Shown one piece after another: positions 30,980 through 39,170 of a stretch of 64,000 bases of DNA. Below the pieces are notes generated by a model. That model saw nothing but the letters and a program-made list of their open reading frames with translations, was not told where the DNA came from and ran no database searches. A program made the position numbers and the translations under genes. Origin of the DNA: an uncultured Dehalococcoidales bacterium (lineage in GTDB: Bacteria; Chloroflexota; UBA6077; FW602-bin22). Position 1 is the first letter of the stretch. The number at the start of each line of letters is the position of its first letter. The DNA lies in NCBI GenBank assembly GCA_964536925.1, contig CAZHZF010000001.1:150-64149 (forward strand). The letters run 5' to 3'.

Positions 30980-30991
30980 GAACAGATGTAC
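30980..30991. promoter_or_regulatory. Putative LexA (SOS) box upstream of the exonuclease gene
   Basis: GAAC-AGAT-GTAC, one mismatch to GAAC-N4-GTTC. It overlaps the -35 position of a minus-strand TATGAT -10 (30955-30960). Confidence 0.55.
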
Positions 30992-31271
30992 CAGGCCGCC
31001 GTGCTGGCGACTGCTCGGGTGGATCATCGGACTGAGTCCGAGGACGATCGCGTCGCCACCGTAGGAGCAGCGGCGTACGATGACGGCGCCGTGTGACGAT
31101 GGCGTACTACTAGCATCACGCGTCTCGCGGGTACGCAGGGAGGCGGCGCGCATCCTTGACGGGACTCGTGTCGTGGGCGGACGACCAATCTGCCGCCCTG
31201 CAATGCCGCGAACATCATCGTCCTTCCCATCGCGGCCGCCATAATCGGGCGATGCCGGGGCGGAGCGTCCA

Positions 31272-32417
31272 GTGAATCGCGTACCGGTCCGTCCTGAGAT
31301 GCTTCGCTGGGCCCGAGAGCGTGCCGGCCTATCCGCGCACGATCTCGATTCGCGGTTTCCTCGGCTCTCCGCGTGGGAACGAGGCGATCGCCACCCGACC
31401 TTCAGGCAACTCGAGGAGTTCGCCAGCGCAACGCGCACTCCCTTCGGGTACCTCTTTTTTTCTGAGCCACCCGAGGAACCCGTGCCGATCCCAGACTTCC
31501 GCACAGTCCGCAGTTCCGGCATTCGACGACCCACCCCGGACCTCCTGGACGTGATCTATCTGTGCCAGCATCGCCAGGACTGGTATCGAGACTATGTCCG
31601 TGCCGAGATCGGCGAGTCCCTGCCCTTTGTTGGCGCGGCAGCGGTCGGGGACGACATCGTCCGTACAGCGTCGGAGATTCGGCGGCGACTCGAGTTCGAT
31701 CTGGATGACCGGCGCCGAATGGCAACCTGGACCGATGCGCTGCGGCGGTTCATTGAACAGGTGGATGCGCTGGGTGTTCTGGTCATGGTGAGCGGCGTGG
31801 TCGGGAGCAACAATCGGCGGCGCCTCGACCCACGTGAATTCCGGGGTTTCGCGCTCGCGGATCCTTACGCACCGCTGGTATTCATCAATGGCGCGGACAC
31901 CAAGGCAGCTCAGATGTTCACGCTGGCACACGAGCTCGCCCACGTCTGGCTGGGACAGACTGCCCTGTCGGATGCGGGCCCGGCCGGTGCGCCCGCCGAG
32001 ACTGTGGAGCGCTGGTGCAACCTCGTGGCCGCTGAGATGCTCGTACCGCTTGAGGTCCTCGGCGCCGAGCGGAATCGCTCCACAGCGCTCCGCGAGGATC
32101 TCGACAGGCTAGCGCGCCGATTCAAGGTGAGCACGTTGGTCGTCCTTCGCCGAATGCGCGACGCGGGGATGATTCGGGGCGATGCGTACGCCGATGTCTA
32201 CAGGGAGGAGGAGCAACGCCTGCGCGATACGGCGCGAGGCAGTGGCGGAGACTTCTATCTGACGCTTGGGGCTCGCGTCTCCAAGCGCTTCGCGCGCGCT
32301 CTTGTCGGTAGTACTCTGGAGGGCCAGACCTTGTACCGCGAAGCCTTCCGTCTGCTCGGGATCAAGAGGGAGGCGACGTTTCGCGAATTGGGTGCCCAGC
32401 TGGGATTTCCCGGCTGA
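31272..32417 (+). CDS. XRE-HTH + ImmA/IrrE (M78) zinc metallopeptidase
   Basis: N-terminal LRWARERAGLS...WERG..PT..QL HTH and FTLAHELAH (HExxH). Confidence 0.9.
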   Translation: MNRVPVRPEMLRWARERAGLSAHDLDSRFPRLSAWERGDRHPTFRQLEEFASATRTPFGYLFFSEPPEEPVPIPDFRTVRSSGIRRPTPDLLDVIYLCQHRQDWYRDYVRAEIGESLPFVGAAAVGDDIVRTASEIRRRLEFDLDDRRRMATWTDALRRFIEQVDALGVLVMVSGVVGSNNRRRLDPREFRGFALADPYAPLVFINGADTKAAQMFTLAHELAHVWLGQTALSDAGPAGAPAETVERWCNLVAAEMLVPLEVLGAERNRSTALREDLDRLARRFKVSTLVVLRRMRDAGMIRGDAYADVYREEEQRLRDTARGSGGDFYLTLGARVSKRFARALVGSTLEGQTLYREAFRLLGIKREATFRELGAQLGFPG

Positions 32418-32908
32418 TGCCCTACCTGTTGGATGCGAACGTGTTCATCGAGGCCAAGCGCCGCCATTACGGCTTCGACTTCTGCCCGGCATTCTGGGAC
32501 TGGCTCGACACACAGCACGCTGCTGGCAGCGTCTTCAGCATCGAGCGGGTGGGTAACGAACTGCTTGCGGCCGACGACGACCTGAGCGAATGGGCCGCCC
32601 GACGCGGCGCCGCGTTCTTTCTGCCGCCGGATGAACGGCTGTTGCCCAGCCTGGAGGCCGTCGCCGCGTGGGTACGTGGCCAGAGATTTCGGACCGGGGC
32701 CATCGGAGCGTTCCTCGAGGATGCGGATTACTTTCTCGTCGCGCACGCACACGCGTATGGGTACGTGGTCGTGACCCACGAAGTCCCCAGCGATGGTGTG
32801 CGGCAGGTCAAGATTCCGAATGTTGCGATCGGCGTGAAGCTCAGGTGCATGACGCCCTATGAGATGCTCCGAATCGAGCGGGCGCGATTCGTCCTGGCTC
32901 CGACGTGA
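32417..32908 (+). CDS. DUF4411-like PIN-fold protein (putative toxin)
   Basis: YLLDANVFI, FCPAFWDWL, ADYFLVA, VVTHE and KIPNV motifs. TGATG coupling to the peptidase gene. Confidence 0.82.
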   Translation: MPYLLDANVFIEAKRRHYGFDFCPAFWDWLDTQHAAGSVFSIERVGNELLAADDDLSEWAARRGAAFFLPPDERLLPSLEAVAAWVRGQRFRTGAIGAFLEDADYFLVAHAHAYGYVVVTHEVPSDGVRQVKIPNVAIGVKLRCMTPYEMLRIERARFVLAPT

Positions 32909-32975
32909 ACTACGTAGGCAACAGCCTCCCATTGAACGCCACCGTCTCGATCGCTCGATTCGACGGCCGGGTTCG

Positions 32976-33004
32976 TTGACGCCCCTACAACACGGGGCTA
33001 CGAT
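32976..33004 (+). promoter_or_regulatory. sigma70-type promoter of the tRNA
   Basis: TTGACG-N17-TACGAT ending 10 nt before the tRNA. Confidence 0.65.
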
Positions 33005-33014
33005 TCCCCGGCGC

Positions 33015-33086
33015 GCCGATGTAGCTCAGGGGTAGAGCAGCTCTTTCGTAAAGAGCAGGTCGAGGGTTCGAATCCGTCCATCGGCT
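33015..33086 (+). tRNA. tRNA-Thr (anticodon CGT)
   Basis: Acceptor GCCGATG/CATCGGC; D-arm GCTC/GAGC; anticodon arm GCTCT-TTCGTAA-AGAGC; TTCGAAT T-loop. One G.G mismatch in the T-stem. CCA is not encoded. Confidence 0.93.
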
Positions 33087-33184
33087 CCCGACGACTGGAT
33101 GCGCCCGGTACGTTTGCCCCGGGTGTCTGTCCTGCTTCCGCTCGCTGGCCCGGCCGGCTATCGTCCCGCGGTGGAGGTAGCATC

Positions 33185-33406
33185 GTGAGCGAAGCCCTTC
33201 CCTGGACGCCCTATCACATCGCCGAGCAGAACTCCCCGGCGCTGCTCGAACCCGTCGCCGCCGAACTCGCGCGCCTGACTGGTCGGCTCGAGACGTACCA
33301 TCGACGACTGCACATGGCCGCGGCCGATCGAGCCCGGGTGGATCGAGCGCGCGAGGTCGTCGCGCACGCCCAGCGGGAACTCGCCGCGCTGGCGGCCGAG
33401 CGATGA
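33185..33406 (+). CDS. Small helical hypothetical protein (73 aa)
   Basis: GGAGG SD, and its stop overlaps the next ATG (ATGA). No recognisable family. Confidence 0.6.
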   Translation: MSEALPWTPYHIAEQNSPALLEPVAAELARLTGRLETYHRRLHMAAADRARVDRAREVVAHAQRELAALAAER

Positions 33407-34140
33407 CCGCCCGGAAGCGCGTGCTCATCACCGGCGCGGCGGGTCGCATCGGGAGCCACCTCGCCGCGACGCTGAAGGATCGCTACGACCTTCGCCTTCA
33501 GTACAACCGCACCGTCCCGACGAGCCCACCAGTCGCGGATGTCCACATCGCGAACTGTGCCGACTACGAGGCGCTCGCGCCCGCGCTGGTGGGCATGGAT
33601 GCCGTCGTGCATATGGCTGCCGATCCCAGCCCGCGTGGGACCTGGGAGAGTGTCCTGGAGAACAACATAGTCGGTGCGCGGAACGTTTACGAGGCTGCCC
33701 GTGTCGCCGGCTGCCGCAAGGTCGTCTTTGCCACCACCAACCACGTGATGGGGATGTACGACCGCGATCAGCAATGGCCCATCTACTGCTCTCAGCCGGT
33801 GCGGCCGGATTCGCTCTATGGCGTCTCCAAGGCCTTCGGCGAGACCCTCGGACGCTGGTATCACGACCAGCACGGGCTGTCGGTGATCTGCCTCCGGATC
33901 GGCTGGTTCCTCCCGAAACCGCACGACGAGATTGGCCTCTGGATGTGGCTCAGCCCCAGAGATGCGACCCAGGTGGTCTGGCGGGCGATCGAGAGTCCCA
34001 TCGGCTACGGCATCTACTACGCCATTTCCCGCAACGCGCGCCGCCACTGGGACATCACCGAGACGATCGAGCGACTCGGCTACCGGCCCGAGGACGATGC
34101 CGAGGCCTACGCTCAGGGGATTCTGGGACCTGGAGGGTAG
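33403..34140 (+). CDS. NAD-dependent epimerase/dehydratase (uronate-dehydrogenase-like SDR)
   Basis: ITGAAGRIG, LYGVSKAFGE (YxxxK) and LRIGWF motifs. Confidence 0.88.
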   Translation: MTARKRVLITGAAGRIGSHLAATLKDRYDLRLQYNRTVPTSPPVADVHIANCADYEALAPALVGMDAVVHMAADPSPRGTWESVLENNIVGARNVYEAARVAGCRKVVFATTNHVMGMYDRDQQWPIYCSQPVRPDSLYGVSKAFGETLGRWYHDQHGLSVICLRIGWFLPKPHDEIGLWMWLSPRDATQVVWRAIESPIGYGIYYAISRNARRHWDITETIERLGYRPEDDAEAYAQGILGPGG

Positions 34141-34146
34141 GTAGGC

Positions 34147-35589
34147 GTGCTCCGCGGGATCGCACGCACGGCGCTCCTGGCGTTCTCCCTCCTGGTCGCG
34201 TGTGGCGCCGAGCCGCCTGGCCAGAGCGCCGATCGCGCCGCGACCGTCCGCTCCGAAGCGGTGGCGATCGCGCAACAGGGGCCCGCGGGCGATGTTCGGA
34301 CCGCGGCCCCAGCCTCAATGGCGACTCCCGTCCCCGCCTCTGCGACTCCCGGACCCGTCGTGACCGCTTCGCCGGCGACCCCGATCGCCGTGCCACCGAC
34401 GGCTCGACCTCCGCTTCCGCCGCCGCCGATGGTCCCGACGGCCACACCGCACCCCGGTTACCCGGGCCAGTCGAATCTGGTACCTCCCGGATACCCGACG
34501 CCCGAGACCGCGTTCGAGCGGCTCGTCCCCGGCGGCCCGGCGCGCCATCCCGGGTCCCTGGCCTGGGCGCGCCCGGGACCGTACCTGGGGGCGGCGTTCG
34601 ATCGCGAGCAGGTCCAGTCCTTCCGTGGCGACGCCCGACTCGCGACGACCTACTACTTCTACTGGCACGACCTGACCGATCCCGCCCGGCGTGCCCGTTT
34701 CACGGAGCGGTTCAATCTGCCGCCGAACCCGGATCGGTATCACTACCTGTTCCCGGATACGCATTACCGCGAGTTCGCGGATATGCGCGCCGCGGGCCTG
34801 GACTTCGTCCTGCCCGTGTACTGGGGTGAGCCCGGTCACCCAGGACGTACGACCGGCCCGACCTCCCCTCACTACTGGAGCACCGAGGGCATCGCGCCCA
34901 TGGTCGAGGCGCTGGATCGGCTCGCCGGCGAGGGCAACGCGCTCAAGCTTGGCCTCTTCTACGACACGACGATCCTGGCCAACGCCGATCTCCGCACCGA
35001 GGTCGGTCGTGAATACTTCTACATCAACGTGCGGGACTTCTACTCGCGCATCCCGCCGCGTCACTGGGCGGCGATCGACGGCCGCCCCGTGGTCTGGCTC
35101 TACGACACGCTCTGGGTCGCTTCGTTCGATCAGGGGACGCTCGACTATCTGGCCCGCCGGTTCGCGGCAGATTTCGGGGGCTTGCAGCCGTATGTCGTCG
35201 CGGAATCGCAATGGGAGTTCGCCAAGCACGCCGGCGACACCCCACGCCTCCGGGTCGACGGTCTGTACGGGTGGGGCGCCGCCCCGTTTGGCTTCAACGT
35301 CGACGGACGGTTCACCATCGCCCAGGTCGGGCCGGGATTCAAAAACACCCAGTTCTGTCAGGGCGGCGCGGCCCAGAACTGCTTCGACATCGATCGGGAG
35401 GGCGGCCGGCGGTACGAGCGCCAGCTTCAGCAGGCGGTCGCCAGCGGACGCCGCATCATCGCGGTCGAGACGTGGAACGAGTTCTCGGAGGGCACGGAGA
35501 TCGCAGAGACCCGGCGCGATGGGCGCCAGTACATCGAGTTGACCCGACGGTACCTCGATCGCTGGAGGGGTAGAATCCCGCCCAATTGA
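34147..35589 (+). CDS. Lipoprotein with GH99/GH71-like (DUF5010-like) glycoside hydrolase domain
   Basis: Lipobox LLVAC, Pro-rich linker, then YFYW, IDGRPVVWLY and TWNEFSEGTEI motifs. Confidence 0.7.
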   Translation: MLRGIARTALLAFSLLVACGAEPPGQSADRAATVRSEAVAIAQQGPAGDVRTAAPASMATPVPASATPGPVVTASPATPIAVPPTARPPLPPPPMVPTATPHPGYPGQSNLVPPGYPTPETAFERLVPGGPARHPGSLAWARPGPYLGAAFDREQVQSFRGDARLATTYYFYWHDLTDPARRARFTERFNLPPNPDRYHYLFPDTHYREFADMRAAGLDFVLPVYWGEPGHPGRTTGPTSPHYWSTEGIAPMVEALDRLAGEGNALKLGLFYDTTILANADLRTEVGREYFYINVRDFYSRIPPRHWAAIDGRPVVWLYDTLWVASFDQGTLDYLARRFAADFGGLQPYVVAESQWEFAKHAGDTPRLRVDGLYGWGAAPFGFNVDGRFTIAQVGPGFKNTQFCQGGAAQNCFDIDREGGRRYERQLQQAVASGRRIIAVETWNEFSEGTEIAETRRDGRQYIELTRRYLDRWRGRIPPN

Positions 35590-35603
35590 CCCGGAGGTGG
35601 GTG

Positions 35604-36239
35604 ATGAGCCGCGTCCTCGTTCTCAACGGTACGAATCACAATTTCCACACCTGCGCGCCGACCATCCACGCCGCGCTCCAGGGGGCGGGCCATCAGAGCA
35701 CGCTTACCGATGACAAGGATGTCCTTGCGAGAGGACTCGGCGCGTTCGACGCGATCGTCCTGGGCACCGGCTTCACGCGCCGCGAGCGACTGCCGGACGG
35801 TTCGCGCAAACTGCACTACGAACTGAACGAGGCGCAGACCCATGGATTGTTCGGCGCTGTCGAGGCCGGCAAGGGGTTCGTCGGCATCCATGGCACGGGT
35901 TGGTGGATCGATGGCGCTTCCATGCGGCTCACCGGAGGCACCGCGAACTGGCATCCACCGGGGCTCGAGTTCACGGTAAAGATCGATGCGCCCGACCACC
36001 CGATCTTCAAGGGCATCTCGGACTTCACCGTGCACGACGAGATCTACATGTCGGCCTGGGATCCCACCGTGACCGTCCTCGCGACCGCGGCCTGGAACGG
36101 GCAGAACCTGCCCATGGCCTGGACGCACTCGTACGGGCGAGGCAAGGTATTCTTTACGACGCTCGGCCATGCAAACAACACGTTCGAGACCGCCGCGGTG
36201 CAGCGCATGCTCGCCAATGCGGTGGCCTGGGTGAGCTGA
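35604..36239 (+). CDS. ThuA-like (class I glutamine-amidotransferase fold) protein
   Basis: GKGFVGIH, DHPI..G..DF...DEIY and GKVFFTTLGH motifs. Confidence 0.85.
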   Translation: MSRVLVLNGTNHNFHTCAPTIHAALQGAGHQSTLTDDKDVLARGLGAFDAIVLGTGFTRRERLPDGSRKLHYELNEAQTHGLFGAVEAGKGFVGIHGTGWWIDGASMRLTGGTANWHPPGLEFTVKIDAPDHPIFKGISDFTVHDEIYMSAWDPTVTVLATAAWNGQNLPMAWTHSYGRGKVFFTTLGHANNTFETAAVQRMLANAVAWVS

Positions 36240-36243
36240 GGCA

Positions 36244-36269
36244 TCGGGCGTGGTGACCGCCACGCCCGA
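36244..36269. terminator. Hairpin between convergent genes
   Basis: TCGGGCGTGG-TGACCG-CCACGCCCGA, a 10-bp stem with no U-tract. Confidence 0.5.
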
Positions 36270-36278
36270 ATCGCCGCC

Positions 36279-37646
36279 TCAGGCAGTCGCGCGGATCGCT
36301 TCCTGGATGGACTCCCCGAGGATGGTCACCGCGCGGTCGATCTGCTCGCGCGTCGTCACCAGAGGCGGAGCGAGGAAGAGCGCCTCGCCTCCGGCATAGG
36401 CACGCGTTCGCGTGATGAGGCCGCGACCCGCGGCGATTGCGATGGCGCGGTTTCCGACTCCACGCTCGGGCGGGAAGCCCCGGCGGCCTTCCTTCGCCGC
36501 GACGATCTCCACCGCCGCCATCATCCCCAGGCCGCGTGCACCGTCGATGTGGGGCGAGGCCTCCAGATCGCGCATGCGCTTCTGCAGGTAGGCGCCGTTT
36601 TCGGCCGCGCGCTCCACCAACCGCTCTTGCTCGAAGACCCGCAGGTTCGCCAGGCCCACCGCGCAGCAGGTCGGGTGTGCCGAGTAGGTGTAGGCGTGCA
36701 TCCACGCGCTGGCGCCGCTTCCCGAGCGGATCGTATCGGCGATCGCGTCGGACACCATGATGCCGCCGAGCGGGACGTAGCCGCTGGTGATGCCCTTCGC
36801 GAAACTCATGATGTCCGGCTGCACGCCCCAGTGCTCGAGCGCGAACCACCGGCCGGTGCGCCCGAAGCCGGTGATGACCTCGTCGGCGATGAACAGCACG
36901 TCGTACCGATCGCAGATCTCCCGGATGCGCGCGAAATAGCCATCCGGCGGCGGGATTACGCCGCCGGCGCCCATCACCGGCTCGGCGATGAAGGCCGCCA
37001 CCGTGTCGGGGCCTTCGGCGAGGATTCTTTCCTCCAGCGCCGCTCCCGTGGCAGCGGGCCAGACCGCCGGATCGACCCCCGCGGGGCATCGATACAGATA
37101 GGGCGCGTCGATCTGCACGAACTCTGGAACGAGCGGACCGAACATCGTGTGGTAGACGCTCATGCCGGTCGCGCTCATGGCCGCCATCGTGACGCCGTGG
37201 TAACCATGATGGCGGGAGATGATCTTGACTTTGCCGGGCTTGCCTTGACGCTTCCAGTAGTAGCGCGCGGTTTTGAATGCCGACTCGTTCGACTCGGCGC
37301 CACCCGAGGTGAAGAACACCGTGTTCAGGTTGGGATAGGCGAGCCCGGCGAGACGTTCGGCTAGCTCGATCGCCGGCTCGGTCGACTGCCCGACGTAACC
37401 GGAACAATAGGCCAGCGTGCTCATCTGCTGGTGCGCCGCGGCGGCGAGTTCCTCACGGCCGTGGCCGACATTGACATTCCACAGCCCGGAGAGGCCGTCG
37501 ATGTACTCCTTGCCCTCCAGGTCCCAGAGCAGGGCGCCCCGACCGCGCGCGAGGATGCGGGCGCGATGCGCACTGTTATGCAGGGGATGGATGAGATGCC
37601 GCTGATCGGTTGCGACCAGCCGTTCGGACGCGACCTGCTGCACCAC
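36279..37646 (-). CDS. Class III PLP aminotransferase (omega-amino acid:pyruvate type)
   Basis: YIDGLSGLW, SGGAESNE, YHG, FIAEP, DEVITGFGRTG and AKGITSGY motifs. GTG 37646 with AAGGAG SD. Confidence 0.93.
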   Translation of the reverse strand: MVQQVASERLVATDQRHLIHPLHNSAHRARILARGRGALLWDLEGKEYIDGLSGLWNVNVGHGREELAAAAHQQMSTLAYCSGYVGQSTEPAIELAERLAGLAYPNLNTVFFTSGGAESNESAFKTARYYWKRQGKPGKVKIISRHHGYHGVTMAAMSATGMSVYHTMFGPLVPEFVQIDAPYLYRCPAGVDPAVWPAATGAALEERILAEGPDTVAAFIAEPVMGAGGVIPPPDGYFARIREICDRYDVLFIADEVITGFGRTGRWFALEHWGVQPDIMSFAKGITSGYVPLGGIMVSDAIADTIRSGSGASAWMHAYTYSAHPTCCAVGLANLRVFEQERLVERAAENGAYLQKRMRDLEASPHIDGARGLGMMAAVEIVAAKEGRRGFPPERGVGNRAIAIAAGRGLITRTRAYAGGEALFLAPPLVTTREQIDRAVTILGESIQEAIRATA

Positions 37647-37715
37647 GACTAGCTCCTTCGTTCTCCCCGGGGCGGAACGTGCCGGGCAGAACCGGCGGCT
37701 AGGGTAGCATGGGGT

Positions 37716-39170
37716 GTGTCGCTCGACGGCGCGCTCGGCTTCCCCCTCGCGATCGTCGCCGGCCTCCTGGCGCTCGCGGCCACGATCGAGCGACTCGCCG
37801 CGGATCGCTCGCGAGCCGTTCCCTTCGCGGTGGCTGGTCTGTCCGCCGGATGCGCGACGTGCCTGTCGCTGACCTCCGCCGACCTGACCGCGGCGGTGAT
37901 GTGGGGGTCGGTGGGCGCGATGGCCGCGTGGCTGGCCTGCCGTGCCGATCCGCGAGAGGCCCGAGCCGGTGGCCGCGGGATCACCGCGTTCGTCCTCGTG
38001 TGCCTCCTCGCCGATACCACCATCGTGCTCGCCGCCGCGATCGCCGATCCCACCTTCCTGCTCTCGGCACTCCTGTTCGCGTTCTGCGCGCGAGGTCGGG
38101 TCGTCCCGATGAACGGCTTCGGCATCGAACTGAGCCGCTTGCCGGGCGCCAGCTACCTCCTTGGCTCCATGCTCGCCCAGATCGTCGGGGTCGGATATCT
38201 CGTCCGTGCCGTCGTGGGCCACGGTGCGCCGATCGGGGCTGGCGTCATCCTCGCCGTTCTGGCCGCGCTCGGCGCGCTGGCGGCGAGCCTGCTGGCACGC
38301 CGGTTCCGTCTCGCGGTGGATGTGGGAATCGGGGTCGAACTCGCCGTTGTGGCGGCGGGCCTCTCGCTCGGGACGCCCTTCGGCGTGATCGGCGCGATCC
38401 TCGTCGCCTTCGGTGCGGTCCCCGCGTGGGCCGCGATCGCACTGGCCGCCGACGCAGCCCATCGCCATGGAGCGCAGACGCGCCGGATCCCCGGGGTGCT
38501 GGGCGCTCTTCCCGGTGCCATCGGCCTGTTCTGCGCGCTCGGCATTCCGCCCTCGGCCGCGTTCCTGGGGCGATGGATCCTCCTCCTGGCGCTCCTCGAG
38601 GCGGGCGAACCGGGCGTGCTGGTCGTATTGGTGTGCGCTCTGGTCGTCGTCGCTGCGGCGATCGTTCGGCGCGCCAGCGGGCTTGCTCTTCCCAGGGCCG
38701 CGGTCGGGCCGTCCGAACGGGTCGCGGTGACCGCCGCTCTGCTCTGGATCCCGCTGGTCCTCGGGATCCTGCCCGCCATCGCTCTCATCGTCGGTCCCCT
38801 CGGCGGGGCCGCCGCCGCGACGTTCCCGACCGTGGTCTGGGATCTTGGGTTGGGGCGTCTGTTCGGCCTCTCCGGCACAGTGGCCCTGACACTGGCGTGT
38901 GCGATACCGCTGGGCGGCATCGCCCTCGCGCGCGCCCGCGACTTCGCGTGGGCAGGCCGCACGCTCGCCCTCTGGGGCGAAGCCGCACCCGACGGTGGCG
39001 AGATCGCCAGGAACCTCGTGCTCCAGGGCCTACCGTGGATCTTCGCCCGTCCGTTCCTCATCGCGGCCGGTGACGCGATCGCCCGTCCGCTCGCCACACT
39101 CGAGAAGGCGCCAGCGCACCTCCTCGTCATCGCGCTCCTCGGAGTCCTTGCCATCCTCGCCACGTGGTGA
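37716..39170 (+). CDS. Degenerate MrpD/NuoN-like polytopic membrane protein
   Basis: About 14 hydrophobic segments; remnant motifs AFCARGRVVPMNGF, VGYLVR and LGIPPSAAFLGRW. Confidence 0.6.
   Translation: MSLDGALGFPLAIVAGLLALAATIERLAADRSRAVPFAVAGLSAGCATCLSLTSADLTAAVMWGSVGAMAAWLACRADPREARAGGRGITAFVLVCLLADTTIVLAAAIADPTFLLSALLFAFCARGRVVPMNGFGIELSRLPGASYLLGSMLAQIVGVGYLVRAVVGHGAPIGAGVILAVLAALGALAASLLARRFRLAVDVGIGVELAVVAAGLSLGTPFGVIGAILVAFGAVPAWAAIALAADAAHRHGAQTRRIPGVLGALPGAIGLFCALGIPPSAAFLGRWILLLALLEAGEPGVLVVLVCALVVVAAAIVRRASGLALPRAAVGPSERVAVTAALLWIPLVLGILPAIALIVGPLGGAAAATFPTVVWDLGLGRLFGLSGTVALTLACAIPLGGIALARARDFAWAGRTLALWGEAAPDGGEIARNLVLQGLPWIFARPFLIAAGDAIARPLATLEKAPAHLLVIALLGVLAILATW

Noticed and set aside
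33015-33089. tRNA-Thr as a pseudogene (G.G in T-stem, no CCA)
   Set aside because: All other arms pair, it has a consensus promoter, and CCA can be added post-transcriptionally.
31200-33200. tRNA-anchored integrative element carrying the peptidase/PIN module
   Set aside because: The module is on the 5' side of the tRNA, I saw no duplicated tRNA 3' end, and there is no integrase or transposase in the window.
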